Position numbers and translations under genes: made by a program. From positions 1 to 60,905 of the forward strand of contig CAYFIY010000002.1 of the NCBI GenBank assembly GCA_964343275.1: a stretch of 60,905 nt of DNA, given 5' to 3'. Source of the stretch: Candidatus Hadarchaeota archaeon. Lineage in GTDB: Archaea; Hadarchaeota; Hadarchaeia; Hadarchaeales; Hadarchaeaceae. The notes under the pieces are model-generated. The model saw only the letters and a program-made list of their open reading frames with translations, had not been told where the DNA came from and did not search any database. Shown here one piece after another: positions 10,537 through 20,722 of the stretch; the stretch's first letter is position 1; each line of letters starts with the position of its first letter.

Positions 10537-12441
10537 GTGGATAGCGGTATGGAATTAGATTACAAAAAAGTAGGCCTGCGAGTGGGTTTCGAGATCCACC
10601 AGGAACTAGACACCAATAAGCTGTTCTGCAATTGTCCCTCCCAGCTGCGAGACGACAGGCCGACTTTTGAGGTGAGGCGGAGGCTGCGCCCCACCCAGAG
10701 CGAGCTAGGGGAGGTGGATCGGACCGCGCTGGCCGAGGCCACCAAGGAGAAGGGCTTCAAATATCAGGTTTATCCTGACACGGTTTGCCTGGTTGAGCTG
10801 GACGAGGAGCCGCCCCACCCGGTCAACGAGCAGGCTTTGGATATAACGCTGGAAATTGCCCTGCTGCTGAACGCCAAGCCGGTGGATGAAGTTCACACCA
10901 TGAGGAAGACGGTCATCGACGGGAGCAATACCTGCGGATTCCAGAGGACCATGATGGTAGCCACCGACGGCCGTACTGAGATCGACGGGAAAAAGTTCTG
11001 CCTGCCCACCATCTGCCTAGAGGAGGACGCGGCACGCAAGATGGGGGAAGAATCACAACTCATAGATTATCGTCTGGACCGGCTAGGGATCCCTCTGGTT
11101 GAGATAGCCACTGGACCCGACTTCAACGACCCAGTTTCTCCATCCCAGGCGGCATTTTACATCGGCAGGGTGCTCCGAGCCACGGGAAAGGTAAAGCGCG
11201 GAATAGGCACCATTCGGCAGGACATAAACGTGTCCATAGCGGATGGTGCCCGCCAAGAAATCAAAGGGTTGCAGGAACTGGGCATTGTCTCCGCGGTGAT
11301 ACAGCGAGAGGTCCAGAGACAGTTAGCGCTGCTGGAGATTCGGAAAACCCTCAGGAGCCGAGGAGCTGAGAAGGTGGCGAGGAAAATCGTTGATGTTACT
11401 GGGATGTTGGCCCGAACCAACTCCAGAGTTTTACGAAAGGTGTTAAATTCCAAGGGAGTATTACTGGCCCTAAAGCTGTCAAAATTTGGGGGACTTGTGG
11501 GCAAGGAACTGCAATCAGGACGCAGGCTGGGAACCGAGCTCGCGGACAGGGCAAAAATTTATGGAAAGACGGGAGGCCTTTTTCACACTGACGAGCTTCC
11601 CAACTACGGAATTTCACAAGCGGAAGTCAACAAATTAAAGGAGAGGATGGACGCGGGCGAAGACGACGCCGTGATTCTCGTGGCAGATTCTAGAGATAAG
11701 GCCGAAACCGCGCTATGGGCCGTCTTGGACAGGGCTAACGAATCGATAGATGGAATCCCTGAGGAAACCCGCAGAGCTCTGCCCAACGGAAACACGGAAT
11801 TCATGCGCCCGCTACCAGGCGCTGGACGTATGTACCCCGAAACAGATATCCCCCCCATCCCTGTAACACCTCCTTTGCTGAAAAAAATAAAGAGAAAATT
11901 ACCAGAACTTCCAGAAAAGCGGCGGGACACCATGATGAAAAAATACAGACTCGGACGGGAACTCGCCGAGAGAATCAGCCTTTCGGAGAACCTTAATCTT
12001 TTCGAGGAGCTCATCGCTAAGACGGGAGCCGATCCTAAATTGGTGGCGACAGCCCTTGAGGAAACTATGGTTAGCCTACGGCGCGAGGGCATCATGATCG
12101 AGAGAATCGAGAAATCATCTTTGGAAGAACTCTTCAAGCAGGTCACAAGTGGAGGACTAGCCAAGGAAGCCATTCCCGATGTTCTGAGGTTGGCCTCGCA
12201 GGGCCTCCAAATCCAAGACGCCATGAGAAAGCTTGGTCTGTCAAAGATAGAATTCCCAGAACTGAAAAAACTTGTGGCCGAGGTCGTATCTGCAAATATG
12301 AAGATGATCGAGGAACGGAAGGAAAATGCGATCGGCCCACTGATGGGAATTATCATGGAAAAAGCCCGAGGGCGTGCAGATGGAAAACTGGTGAGCGAGT
12401 TGCTGGAGCAAGAAATTAAAACGAGGACTAGCACAAAATAA
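10537..12441 (+). CDS. gatE: Glutamyl-tRNA(Gln) amidotransferase subunit E
   Basis: 634 aa with a GatB/E core (GFEIHQELDT, LCLEEDAARK), the archaeal GatE insertion and a YqeY-like C-terminus. Confidence 0.95.
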   Translation: MDSGMELDYKKVGLRVGFEIHQELDTNKLFCNCPSQLRDDRPTFEVRRRLRPTQSELGEVDRTALAEATKEKGFKYQVYPDTVCLVELDEEPPHPVNEQALDITLEIALLLNAKPVDEVHTMRKTVIDGSNTCGFQRTMMVATDGRTEIDGKKFCLPTICLEEDAARKMGEESQLIDYRLDRLGIPLVEIATGPDFNDPVSPSQAAFYIGRVLRATGKVKRGIGTIRQDINVSIADGARQEIKGLQELGIVSAVIQREVQRQLALLEIRKTLRSRGAEKVARKIVDVTGMLARTNSRVLRKVLNSKGVLLALKLSKFGGLVGKELQSGRRLGTELADRAKIYGKTGGLFHTDELPNYGISQAEVNKLKERMDAGEDDAVILVADSRDKAETALWAVLDRANESIDGIPEETRRALPNGNTEFMRPLPGAGRMYPETDIPPIPVTPPLLKKIKRKLPELPEKRRDTMMKKYRLGRELAERISLSENLNLFEELIAKTGADPKLVATALEETMVSLRREGIMIERIEKSSLEELFKQVTSGGLAKEAIPDVLRLASQGLQIQDAMRKLGLSKIEFPELKKLVAEVVSANMKMIEERKENAIGPLMGIIMEKARGRADGKLVSELLEQEIKTRTSTK

Positions 12442-12712
12442 AGTTAAAAAATTATCGAGGTGAACAAACTTGGCTCCTGTAAAGAACAAGCTCGCACAAA
12501 TCATGCCCCATCCAACTAGTGGTGGTTCCAAGAGCAAAATGATGGATATTTTGAGGTGCTGGGATTAAACCCACTTGAACCACAACATTTTTGACAGTGC
12601 AAAAAATCAATTGGGCAAACCACTGATTTGTAGAACCTTGTTACTTTGTAATCAGATAATCTAAAAATTAGATTTATATGGATGAACGCATGGTGTTCTC
12701 CTTGGTGTCATC

Positions 12713-13879
12713 ATGGCTTTGGAACTGACATTTATCCCAGCTCTCTTGGTTATCCTTGTTGTAGCAGGATTGGGTAGGTTTCTGTCTAAGGTGTTAAAAC
12801 AGCCTGCGATTTTCGGAGAGTTGCTTCTTGGAATGATCCTCGGGAATCTAATAATTTTAGCTGTTCCCGCTCAAGAACCCATGACCCGATTCGCGGATAT
12901 AGGGATTTTGCTCCTGCTTTTTTCCACGGGGCTTAGCTTAAACTTTGAAGAATTCAAAAGGCTAGAAATTGCGTCAAGCATTGTTGCTGTATCTGGCGTT
13001 ATTTTGCCGTTTATTTTGGGATATCTCGTGGCAATCTTTTTCGGATTTTCAACCATCATCGCGACATTCGTGGGTATAAGCTTGGTGGCAACCTCAGTTG
13101 GAGTAAAGGCATCTATTCTTACTGATTTAAGGATGTTGAGAAGCAAATTGGGTACTCTGATCATGGGAGCAGCGGTCATCGACGACGTAATCGGCGTGGT
13201 ATTGATGAGCATCCTTATCAGCATAGCGGTTACCGGTGTCGTACCTTTAGTAGAAGTATCCTTACTCGCCATTTTCGCTGTTATGTTTTTCATAATCTCT
13301 CTAACCGCTGGAATCAAATTGTTTAGAAAACTCTCAGAAAAAATTACGATTGGGAGAGAGAGCCTTTTGTTATTGGGTCTTGTCACAGTTCTGACATTTG
13401 GACTGATAACTACGGAGATCGGACTGGCCGCGATTATAGGAGCTTTCACAGCAGGATTAGTTATCGGCCAAACTCATTTTGCTAAGAGACTCAGAGAGCA
13501 TGTTTCATTATTCGCGGGTAGCTTCTTCATACCAATTTTATTCGTAACGACAGGCATGAGATTCGATGTCAACGCGTTTGCGTCAGTTAGCTCATTTGTA
13601 GTCGTGTTTGTGATGGTAGCGATAATCGGTAAGATCGTGGGGTGTAGCCTCGGCGCTAAAGTGTCCAGGTTTAGCGGCATAGAATCCTTCGCTGTCGGTA
13701 TTGCCATGATACCTAGAGCAGGTATAGAATTGATCTTAATTAAACTTGGGCTTGATAATGGTATTATAGGCGCCGAAATGGCTTCGGCCATTCTTGCAAT
13801 GGTCATTATCACTACCCTCATCACCCCACCATCGTTATCGAAAGCCCTAAAGATAGTCAAAAGCAAAAAAGATGATTAA
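12713..13879 (+). CDS. Cation:proton antiporter (CPA2, Kef/NapA-like)
   Basis: 388 aa with roughly 11-12 predicted TM helices and Na+/H+ exchanger family sequence character. Confidence 0.85.
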   Translation: MALELTFIPALLVILVVAGLGRFLSKVLKQPAIFGELLLGMILGNLIILAVPAQEPMTRFADIGILLLLFSTGLSLNFEEFKRLEIASSIVAVSGVILPFILGYLVAIFFGFSTIIATFVGISLVATSVGVKASILTDLRMLRSKLGTLIMGAAVIDDVIGVVLMSILISIAVTGVVPLVEVSLLAIFAVMFFIISLTAGIKLFRKLSEKITIGRESLLLLGLVTVLTFGLITTEIGLAAIIGAFTAGLVIGQTHFAKRLREHVSLFAGSFFIPILFVTTGMRFDVNAFASVSSFVVVFVMVAIIGKIVGCSLGAKVSRFSGIESFAVGIAMIPRAGIELILIKLGLDNGIIGAEMASAILAMVIITTLITPPSLSKALKIVKSKKDD

Positions 13880-13914
13880 TAACATTGCGAGAATTATAGT
13901 TTGGGAGAAAAAAA

Positions 13915-14382
13915 ATGGTGGAACCAAAAAGAGTAGGCCCTGAATTTTACGAACTAAAAGTTGAAAAGCTCATGCAGATGAAAGACGTACCCCTTGTTGA
14001 AAAAGATGCACCTATCGATTGCGTTCTGGAAATCTTATCGAAAAAGACTCATGTATGGGTAACCAAAAGTAAAGAAAATAAAAAAATCGTTGGTGTGATA
14101 ACCGAACACGATGTCTTAAGTATCCTGTCCCCCAGAAGAGCTCCCTATGCTTTCGGACTCCCAGACCTAAGGGCACTCCATTGGGGCACCGCTGAGAGCG
14201 TCATGCATGGAAAACTCATCAAATGCGGTCCAAATGATACCATAAAGGATGTGTTAAACAAGATGATGGAACATGGAATAAGAAGGATCCCGGTGACAAA
14301 GCGAAATAATCTATTAGTCGGCGAAATCAGGTTATTTCACATAATAAAGAGATATTCCACTGCCTTAAAGGAACTAAAATGA
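13915..14382 (+). CDS. CBS-domain pair protein
   Basis: 155 aa with two CBS-like repeats (VGVITEHDVL, GIRRIPV..LVGEIR). Confidence 0.8.
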   Translation: MVEPKRVGPEFYELKVEKLMQMKDVPLVEKDAPIDCVLEILSKKTHVWVTKSKENKKIVGVITEHDVLSILSPRRAPYAFGLPDLRALHWGTAESVMHGKLIKCGPNDTIKDVLNKMMEHGIRRIPVTKRNNLLVGEIRLFHIIKRYSTALKELK

Positions 14383-14546
14383 AGCTTATTTTGGTCACTT
14401 CACCCCTAATAGAATTTACTTTTAAATGAATGACTGAAAAAACAAGATAAACTACAATCGGAGAAACTTATGCATCTCTCGGCACATTCTACAGTTGGTT
14501 GCAATACATTAATTATGGATGATTAAGAGAATTTTGGGGAAGGGAA

Positions 14547-15737
14547 ATGTACAGAGATATCTTTGATGAGGAGATGGATCGAGACACGGTTTTTCGCGAC
14601 GCAAGCAAGTTGACGCCGGATTACGTTCCACGGATTCTTGTGCACAGAGAAGCGGAGTTTCGCCAGTTAGCCCGAATTTTCAAACCAGTGCTAGAAAGTA
14701 AGGCTAGCCAGCGAGTATTGCTAATTGGGAGCGTAGGGGTTGGGAAGACGGTATTGACGCGGAGATTTGGGACCGAATTGGAAACTATTGCTAAGGATGA
14801 GAAGCTGAACTTGAGATACCTCCACATAAACTGCCGAAAGGATAAGACTCTGTTCTCAATCATCGCGAAAATATTTCATTTCCTGAACCCGAGATATCCC
14901 TACCATGGTCTCGGTCCTGAAAAACTTCTAAATGATGTCGTCGTCCACCTAAATACTAAAGATGCTTACCTTGCTCTAACCTTGGATGAGCTTGACTTCT
15001 TTGTCCAACAAAATGGACCGGATCTTATCTATTCACTAACCAGAACCGCAGAGGAATCTGGAGGGCCAAACCGTATAAGCATCATCGCAATCGCGCACGA
15101 TAAGAGCTTTCTACGTTCGGTGGACCACGCAACTCAGAGTACTTTCATGCACAACGTTCTATCGCTCGACAGGTATAACGCAACCCAACTAAAGGCCATC
15201 ATGAACCAGCGGGTCGATGAGGCTTTCAAGGCGGGTACTGTGGATGAAGACACTGTGGATTTAATCGCTGATATATCATCACGCTGGGGAGATGCACGCT
15301 TCTCTTTGGAACTACTTTGGAGAGCAGGCATGACAGCAGATGGGGAAGGTAAAGATATGGTGACGCCAGAACACGCGAGAAAAGCTAAAGCGGAAGTTTA
15401 TCCTGAAATCAAAAAGGAGATTTTACGGGAGCTTAATCCCCACGAAAAGTTGGTGCTTCTGGCAGTGGTAAGGAAGTTGGCCGTTTCTGGACGCGCATAT
15501 GCCATGACAGGGGATGTTGAAAAGAGTTATAGGGTGGTGTGTGAGGAATACGGAGAAAACCCCAGGAAGCACACTCAATTCTGGGAATACCTGCAGAGGA
15601 TGAACGGGTTGGGTTTAATCGATGTACAGCCATCGGGACCCGGAAAAAGAGGACAAAGTCGTAGGATAGCCATCCAAGAAGCGCCTGCGAAGTGGCTGGA
15701 AAAAGAGATGGAAGGTTTACTCCAGCGCCGAAAATGA
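14547..15737 (+). CDS. cdc6: Orc1/Cdc6 replication initiator
   Basis: AAA+ Walker A GSVGVGKT, Walker B LTLDELD, and a C-terminal winged-helix region. Confidence 0.9.
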   Translation: MYRDIFDEEMDRDTVFRDASKLTPDYVPRILVHREAEFRQLARIFKPVLESKASQRVLLIGSVGVGKTVLTRRFGTELETIAKDEKLNLRYLHINCRKDKTLFSIIAKIFHFLNPRYPYHGLGPEKLLNDVVVHLNTKDAYLALTLDELDFFVQQNGPDLIYSLTRTAEESGGPNRISIIAIAHDKSFLRSVDHATQSTFMHNVLSLDRYNATQLKAIMNQRVDEAFKAGTVDEDTVDLIADISSRWGDARFSLELLWRAGMTADGEGKDMVTPEHARKAKAEVYPEIKKEILRELNPHEKLVLLAVVRKLAVSGRAYAMTGDVEKSYRVVCEEYGENPRKHTQFWEYLQRMNGLGLIDVQPSGPGKRGQSRRIAIQEAPAKWLEKEMEGLLQRRK

Positions 15738-15783
15738 AATTATAACTTTTCAAGCTTTTTACCGTGTTAAGTAAAATTGGGTC

Positions 15784-15877
15784 GGGGTCGTGGGGTAGCT
15801 TGGTCTATAGGGTGAAAACCCGGATATCCTGCCGGCTTCGGGAGTCGGTGACCCGAGTTCAAATCTCGGCGACCCCA
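15784..15877 (+). tRNA. tRNA-Pro (anticodon CGG) carrying a ~19-nt insert in the D-loop
   Basis: I folded this by hand. Acceptor stem GGGGTCG/CGACCCC with discriminator A. Anticodon stem CCGGC/GTCGG with loop TTCGGGA (anticodon CGG at 15839-15841). T arm CCGAG-TTCAAAT-CTCGG. The D arm closes only if about 15808-15826 is removed. No CCA is encoded. Confidence 0.8.
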
Positions 15878-15879
15878 CA

Positions 15880-15892
15880 TTTTTTATTTTTT
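15880..15892 (+). terminator. Oligo-T tract directly after the tRNA
   Basis: TTTTTTATTTTTT begins 3 nt after the discriminator base. Archaeal termination commonly uses T-runs. The tract overlaps the stop codon of the convergent gene. Confidence 0.4.
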
Positions 15893-17092
15893 AGACAGCC
15901 TCAGACGGGCCAACCCCCACATTAAGATCATGAGAACTAAGGCTATGGAAACGTAAATTAATCCCGTTTCGAGCTTATCGCCCGAGACTGACCCCCAAAT
16001 TCCGAAGCAATATAGCTTACCATCCTCAGTACCTATAAAAACCTTGCTGTATGCAATTGCAGGAGAACTGCTGCCGCTTGCACCGATTTGATGCCTCCAT
16101 AAGAGCTCCCCATCCATCGCCTCAAGAGAATACAGATAGCCATCCTGAGATGCAACAAATAATTTGTTTCCAGCAACAGCAGGTGATGACTGTATGGTTT
16201 CTTCTGTCTCATATTCCCAGACAACACGAGCAGTAACGTTATCCCTAGCATCCAGAGCATAAAGGTAGCCGTCGCTTAATCCAAAGTAGGCAATATTTAT
16301 CAAAACAGTAGGGGAGGATTCGATTCGGCTGTCCGCTTGGAAATCCCAGATGAATGCACCGGTGAGTGTATCGAGAGCAAAGATATGGCCATGAGAACTC
16401 ATAAAAACTCGTCCAGCGGTGACTGCTGGGGTCGAGACAGATAATTGGTCTGGTGGGGCAGGTGCCCCCATATTAAAGATCCACGTTATTGTGCCATCAG
16501 TTAATTGCAACGCCACAACTTTTTCACCTGTTCCGAAAATCAAGAGTTCACCAGAAACAACTGGTGAAGATGCCATTTGGTAATCAATACTTTTTTCCCA
16601 ATTTAGCAACCCAGTCGTGGTATCGATCGAATATACATGACCATCGGATCCGGTGACGTAAGCAGCTCCGGCTACCACCGTGGGTGACGTAAATATTGGC
16701 CCGTCTGTTTCATACTCCCATAACATCGCGCCATCCGAAGTTTTAAGACAATATACTGAGTGGTCCAAGGAGCCGAAATAAACAAGCCCGTCAGCGAAAG
16801 TAGGTGAAGAAACTTGGCCTCTAGCTTCGAACTTCCATACTTCCTTCCCATTGAAAATGCTGACCGCATACAAAAACCCACCACGGGAGCCCACGAAGAC
16901 CAAATAGTTTTCAACTGCCGGAGAGGAAAGCCCAGCATCAGCGGTAAATACCCACGCAATCTCGTCATTTTCTGGTCCTGGAGCGTCAGAATAACCCGTG
17001 CGTTGGGTGTCATGCTTGAAAGTTGGCCATTCCTCCGCCTGGACAGTTCCTACACATACTAATAAGGTTATTACAACAATCATTAAACGCAA
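15884..17092 (-). CDS. PQQ-like beta-propeller repeat protein, secreted and C-terminally anchored
   Basis: 402 aa with an N-terminal signal-like helix and a C-terminal TM (LIYVSIALVLMILMWGL). It has repeated blades with the Y(A/S/C)(L/V/I)D..(T/D)G...W pattern. Confidence 0.8.
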   Translation of the reverse strand: MRLMIVVITLLVCVGTVQAEEWPTFKHDTQRTGYSDAPGPENDEIAWVFTADAGLSSPAVENYLVFVGSRGGFLYAVSIFNGKEVWKFEARGQVSSPTFADGLVYFGSLDHSVYCLKTSDGAMLWEYETDGPIFTSPTVVAGAAYVTGSDGHVYSIDTTTGLLNWEKSIDYQMASSPVVSGELLIFGTGEKVVALQLTDGTITWIFNMGAPAPPDQLSVSTPAVTAGRVFMSSHGHIFALDTLTGAFIWDFQADSRIESSPTVLINIAYFGLSDGYLYALDARDNVTARVVWEYETEETIQSSPAVAGNKLFVASQDGYLYSLEAMDGELLWRHQIGASGSSSPAIAYSKVFIGTEDGKLYCFGIWGSVSGDKLETGLIYVSIALVLMILMWGLARLRLSKK

Positions 17093-17143
17093 GTTATCCC
17101 AAACAATTATAATGAAGATTTAAATAATAGTTAATGTGATATT

Positions 17144-18193
17144 TTGATCCAAAGTCACAGAAATTATGAACAAGCAGCTGAGAACTTAACAGAAGTTATA
17201 GGCCATACCCCATTGATAAAACTGAGTAGGATTACCAATCTCGCCCGCATGCCAAAACTGAAACTCTTCGGCAAAGCAGAATTCATGAACCCCTCTGGAA
17301 GTTTGAAAGACCGAATCCTAGTGAAAATCGTAAAGGATGCCATTGATAAAAAAAAGCTTCGAAAAGGTATGACTATTTTGGAGAGCACCACGGGAAATAC
17401 AGGAATATCCACTGCGATGATCGGCACCCGATTGGGTTTTCCAGTGGTCGTAGTCATGCCAAAAGGTATGAGTGAAGAAAGGATGAAGACCATCCAGGCT
17501 TTTGGTGCAAAGATAATAACGGTTCCTGGTGCTGAATCAGACGTTGACTTGGCGGTAAAACGGGCAAAAGAACTCGCAGAAAAGAAGCCAAAGAAGTACT
17601 TTGTAGTCGACCAGTTTAACAACCAGACTAACGTCCAAGCTCATTATGAGACTACAGGTCCTGAGATATGGAAGCAGGTCGGCGGTAAGCTGGACGCATT
17701 CGTTGCTACATTTGGAACAGGAGGCACCATTACCGGAGTGGGAAAATACTTGAAGAAAAAGAACCCAAAGATTAAAATTTATGCAGTTGAGCCTATTGAG
17801 TGCCCTGTTCTTTCAAAACAGCGCTGGGGAACCCACCCTATAGAGGGCATTGGGGATGGATTTATCCCATCCATTTTAAATCTGTCATTGCTCGACGGCG
17901 TCATCTTGGTTGACTCTGATAAAGTAATTTCGATGACTAAGCACATAGCCTGTGATGAAGGACTTTTCGTGGGGATTTCCAGCGGCGCCAATGTGGAGGC
18001 ATGCAAAAAATTGCATGTGCGCCATCCTGAGTTAAAGCGAATAGCTACGATGCTCAACGACCATGGTTTTCGCTATTTTTCAACTCGTCTCTTTGGGATG
18101 GTGAAGTCCGCGAGCGTTCCCGAACGTCCTCATCCAATCAATATCACGCCAGAACAAAGCAAGTTTTTGTCGGGACTTGAAGTTATAGAGTAG
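17144..18193 (+). CDS. PLP-dependent cysteine synthase / cystathionine beta-synthase family enzyme
   Basis: PLP-lysine motif NPSGSLKDR, the TTGNTG loop and the GTGGTITG glycine-rich loop. TTG start. Confidence 0.85.
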   Translation: MIQSHRNYEQAAENLTEVIGHTPLIKLSRITNLARMPKLKLFGKAEFMNPSGSLKDRILVKIVKDAIDKKKLRKGMTILESTTGNTGISTAMIGTRLGFPVVVVMPKGMSEERMKTIQAFGAKIITVPGAESDVDLAVKRAKELAEKKPKKYFVVDQFNNQTNVQAHYETTGPEIWKQVGGKLDAFVATFGTGGTITGVGKYLKKKNPKIKIYAVEPIECPVLSKQRWGTHPIEGIGDGFIPSILNLSLLDGVILVDSDKVISMTKHIACDEGLFVGISSGANVEACKKLHVRHPELKRIATMLNDHGFRYFSTRLFGMVKSASVPERPHPINITPEQSKFLSGLEVIE

Positions 18194-18220
18194 ACATGGA
18201 GAAACTTAGCTTTATTTAAC

Positions 18221-18505
18221 ATGGGCGAAGTTTTTATTGGTGATTACACCATAAGTGAAAAACTTGCCGAATCGCTCAGGACGCTTCTTGAAAAGGGGAT
18301 TGATTGGGAGAGAAAACCAACCATGTTCCCAGGAGTTTCCATTGTAAGGGCCACATCTTTCGAAAAATCACTGACAAGGTTGGTCTTCGAGATAAATCCG
18401 GTGAACGAGTCTGGCAAACACCATAGAAAAAGAGAATTTATCATCAGTAATCCCCGAGAGCTTAAAGAATTCAGGGAATTACTACATGGTGAGAAGCTTG
18501 ACTGA
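18221..18505 (+). CDS. Hypothetical protein (94 aa)
   Basis: ATG-initiated ORF just upstream of the helicase gene with protein-like composition. I recognise no motif. Confidence 0.4.
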   Translation: MGEVFIGDYTISEKLAESLRTLLEKGIDWERKPTMFPGVSIVRATSFEKSLTRLVFEINPVNESGKHHRKREFIISNPRELKEFRELLHGEKLD

Positions 18506-18582
18506 CTTTTGGAGGGCGTTGAAATAAACCCGAAAGTTGCTGAAATGCCCAAACCTGACAAGAAAGAGGATATTATAGAAAT

Positions 18583-20712
18583 ATGAGTAACATGAAAACG
18601 ATTAACCCCTTAGTGAAAGTGGAGGCCATAGAGGAGAGAGCTTACCAGTTTAGAATAGCTGAAGAAGCAACTAGGAGAAACACCATTGTCGTGCTTCCAA
18701 CTGCCCTCGGCAAGACAGTCATTGCGGCATTAGTTGCGTCTCATTTCCTCTACAATTATCAAGATCGGAAAGTACTAGTCATGGCACCGACCAGACCCCT
18801 TATCTTACAACACCGAGACACCTTCATGAAGCTCCTAAAGCTCAGGACCCAAGACGTTCAAGTCCTCACAGGAAAATACGACTCTATTTATAGATTACAC
18901 GCATGGCGAGGAAATCACAGAATTTATTTCGCCACGCCACAAGTGGTAAATAATGATTACCGTCACGGTATGAACCTAAAAGACTTCAGCTTGATGATCT
19001 TCGACGAATGCCATAGGGCCAGGAAAAACTATGCTTACACCCGCGTCGCCCAAGCCTATGTTAAAGACTCACCTTACCCGATAATCTTGGGCTTGACAGC
19101 TAGCCCGGGGGCAAACAAGGAGAGAGTTAGGGAAATATGTGAAGCACTATACATAGAGCGGGTTGAAGCTAAAACGGAGGATGATCCTGAAATCAAACCC
19201 TTCGTTAGTCCAACTACTATAGAGTGGAAGTTCGTCACGTTACCAGAAACTTACAGAGATGTGGAAGACGTTCTGAAGCGAATGCTTGAGGGGCGGCTCC
19301 GGAGGCTGTCTGCATTGGGTGTAATCAGAAAAAATCCAAGGTTCATTTTTAGATACGACTTGCTAAAGGCAGGAGAGGAAATCAGGTGCATGATCGATAA
19401 AGCTTCGTTTGAAGGAGAACGGGGAAGATTATACGGAGTCTTGGTTTTACAATCGGCAGCGTTGACACTTTACCACGCCATCGAACTACTAGGGAGCCAG
19501 GGACCGTACACGCTTAAGCTCTTCTTGGAACGTATAAAGAAAAGCAATAGAACCAGCCACAAATCAATAGTTACTGAATTAATTCCCACCAGAGTTTACG
19601 AGACCCTAGAATCTGGCTCGTTAGGAGACCATCCCAAGGTGGATATATTGGAGAAATTTGTGCTTGAGCGACTAGCATCAAATCCTTCCTCCAAAATAAT
19701 TGTATTCACACAGTACAGAGATACATCCTCATTTTTAGCCTCAAAGTTATCGAGGCTTGGACTCCAGGCAGCGAGATTCATAGGACAGACCAATAGAGAG
19801 TGGGACTCGGGAATGACTCAGGATCAACAGGCTCTGTTATTGGAAAGATTCAGGTCTGGCGACATTAGAGTTTTGGTGGCAACCAGTATAGGGGAAGAAG
19901 GGCTTGACATACCCAGCGTCGACTTAGTGGTATTTTATGAGCCAGTCCCTAGCGAGATTCGATACATACAGAGAAAGGGAAGAACTGGGAGAAGGAGATT
20001 CGGTCGGGTTGTCATCTTGGCAGCTGAGGGAACATTGGACGTGGGTTACTTGAAAGCGAGCAGGAAAATGGCTGAGAAAATGAAGTGGATTGTAAAGAAG
20101 CTAAACGCGGAACTGAACCCAATAATCAGACTAGGTGCGCCACCAGAAATGAACATCATGCCCATGAAGACGATATTCGAGGCGGATACATTGGCACCAC
20201 AAACTTTACAGGTTCGTGGGCAGGGGCAATTGTTCGGGGTAGAAACAGACAACCGAGAGAAGGAGCAATTGCGTAGTTTTAATCGCGAGGTAAGAAAATT
20301 GGCTAAAAACATTCTCGCCTTGGTACTTAAGGTCGGAAGCGAAGGAACTTCTGTTCGAACGCTAACGACCGAGTTCGAGGAGGATGGGATAAACCCCGGG
20401 CTAATTTCAGCGGCTGTTAACAAACTTAATGATGAAAACCAGGTCAAAGTATTTGGCGGGAGAATTGTCCCTGCGGGCGTGACGTCTGGGACTAAAAAAG
20501 CTTCTCACTTCTTTGAGGTTGACAAGATTTTGTCTGGGAAGGCCATCTTATTGGTCGATGGAAAATGGCGTGCTGTTTTGACGCCCGACCAGTATGATGG
20601 ACCGAGACAATTACTCCGGAGGGGCAATAGCTTCAAGGCGATAGCTAAGTTATACAAGTTGGATGGTAAATTGCATGTGATAATCTATGCGATTGAATCT
20701 GCTTCCGTCTAA
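18583..20712 (+). CDS. Hef/FANCM/RIG-I-like SF2 helicase with no recognisable XPF nuclease domain
   Basis: Motif I PTALGKT, motif II DECH, motif III TASPG and motif VI QRKGRTGR, with an insertion domain between the RecA lobes. The ~190-aa C-terminal region looks like a winged helix plus a small barrel. No GDx(n)ERKx3D nuclease motif is present. Confidence 0.8.
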   Translation: MSNMKTINPLVKVEAIEERAYQFRIAEEATRRNTIVVLPTALGKTVIAALVASHFLYNYQDRKVLVMAPTRPLILQHRDTFMKLLKLRTQDVQVLTGKYDSIYRLHAWRGNHRIYFATPQVVNNDYRHGMNLKDFSLMIFDECHRARKNYAYTRVAQAYVKDSPYPIILGLTASPGANKERVREICEALYIERVEAKTEDDPEIKPFVSPTTIEWKFVTLPETYRDVEDVLKRMLEGRLRRLSALGVIRKNPRFIFRYDLLKAGEEIRCMIDKASFEGERGRLYGVLVLQSAALTLYHAIELLGSQGPYTLKLFLERIKKSNRTSHKSIVTELIPTRVYETLESGSLGDHPKVDILEKFVLERLASNPSSKIIVFTQYRDTSSFLASKLSRLGLQAARFIGQTNREWDSGMTQDQQALLLERFRSGDIRVLVATSIGEEGLDIPSVDLVVFYEPVPSEIRYIQRKGRTGRRRFGRVVILAAEGTLDVGYLKASRKMAEKMKWIVKKLNAELNPIIRLGAPPEMNIMPMKTIFEADTLAPQTLQVRGQGQLFGVETDNREKEQLRSFNREVRKLAKNILALVLKVGSEGTSVRTLTTEFEEDGINPGLISAAVNKLNDENQVKVFGGRIVPAGVTSGTKKASHFFEVDKILSGKAILLVDGKWRAVLTPDQYDGPRQLLRRGNSFKAIAKLYKLDGKLHVIIYAIESASV

Positions 20713-20722
20713 ACACATGATG

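Noticed and set aside
11604-12434. Long antisense ORF (276 aa) opposite gatE. Similar shadow ORFs lie opposite other confident genes, for example 2327-2920, 3225-3647, 12871-13449, 13474-13866, 21447-22091, 25399-25626, 35556-36068 and 46567-46971.
   Set aside because: Each is fully embedded opposite a gene with strong family motifs. Their translations are Ser/Pro/Arg-rich or otherwise low in complexity and carry no recognisable motifs. This is typical of frame shadows.
14383-14546. Possible replication origin in the AT-rich gap upstream of orc1/cdc6.
   Set aside because: I found no repeated ORB or mini-ORB-like elements and no inverted-repeat pair flanking an AT stretch. Adjacency to cdc6 alone is not evidence.
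18503-18586. In-frame continuation after the TGA stop of the 94-aa ORF: 26 further sense codons ending at a TGA that overlaps the helicase ATG.
   Set aside because: By my rough estimate, a 26-codon open stretch arises by chance about a quarter to a third of the time. TGA is a genuine stop for several confident genes here, and the extension has no conserved look.
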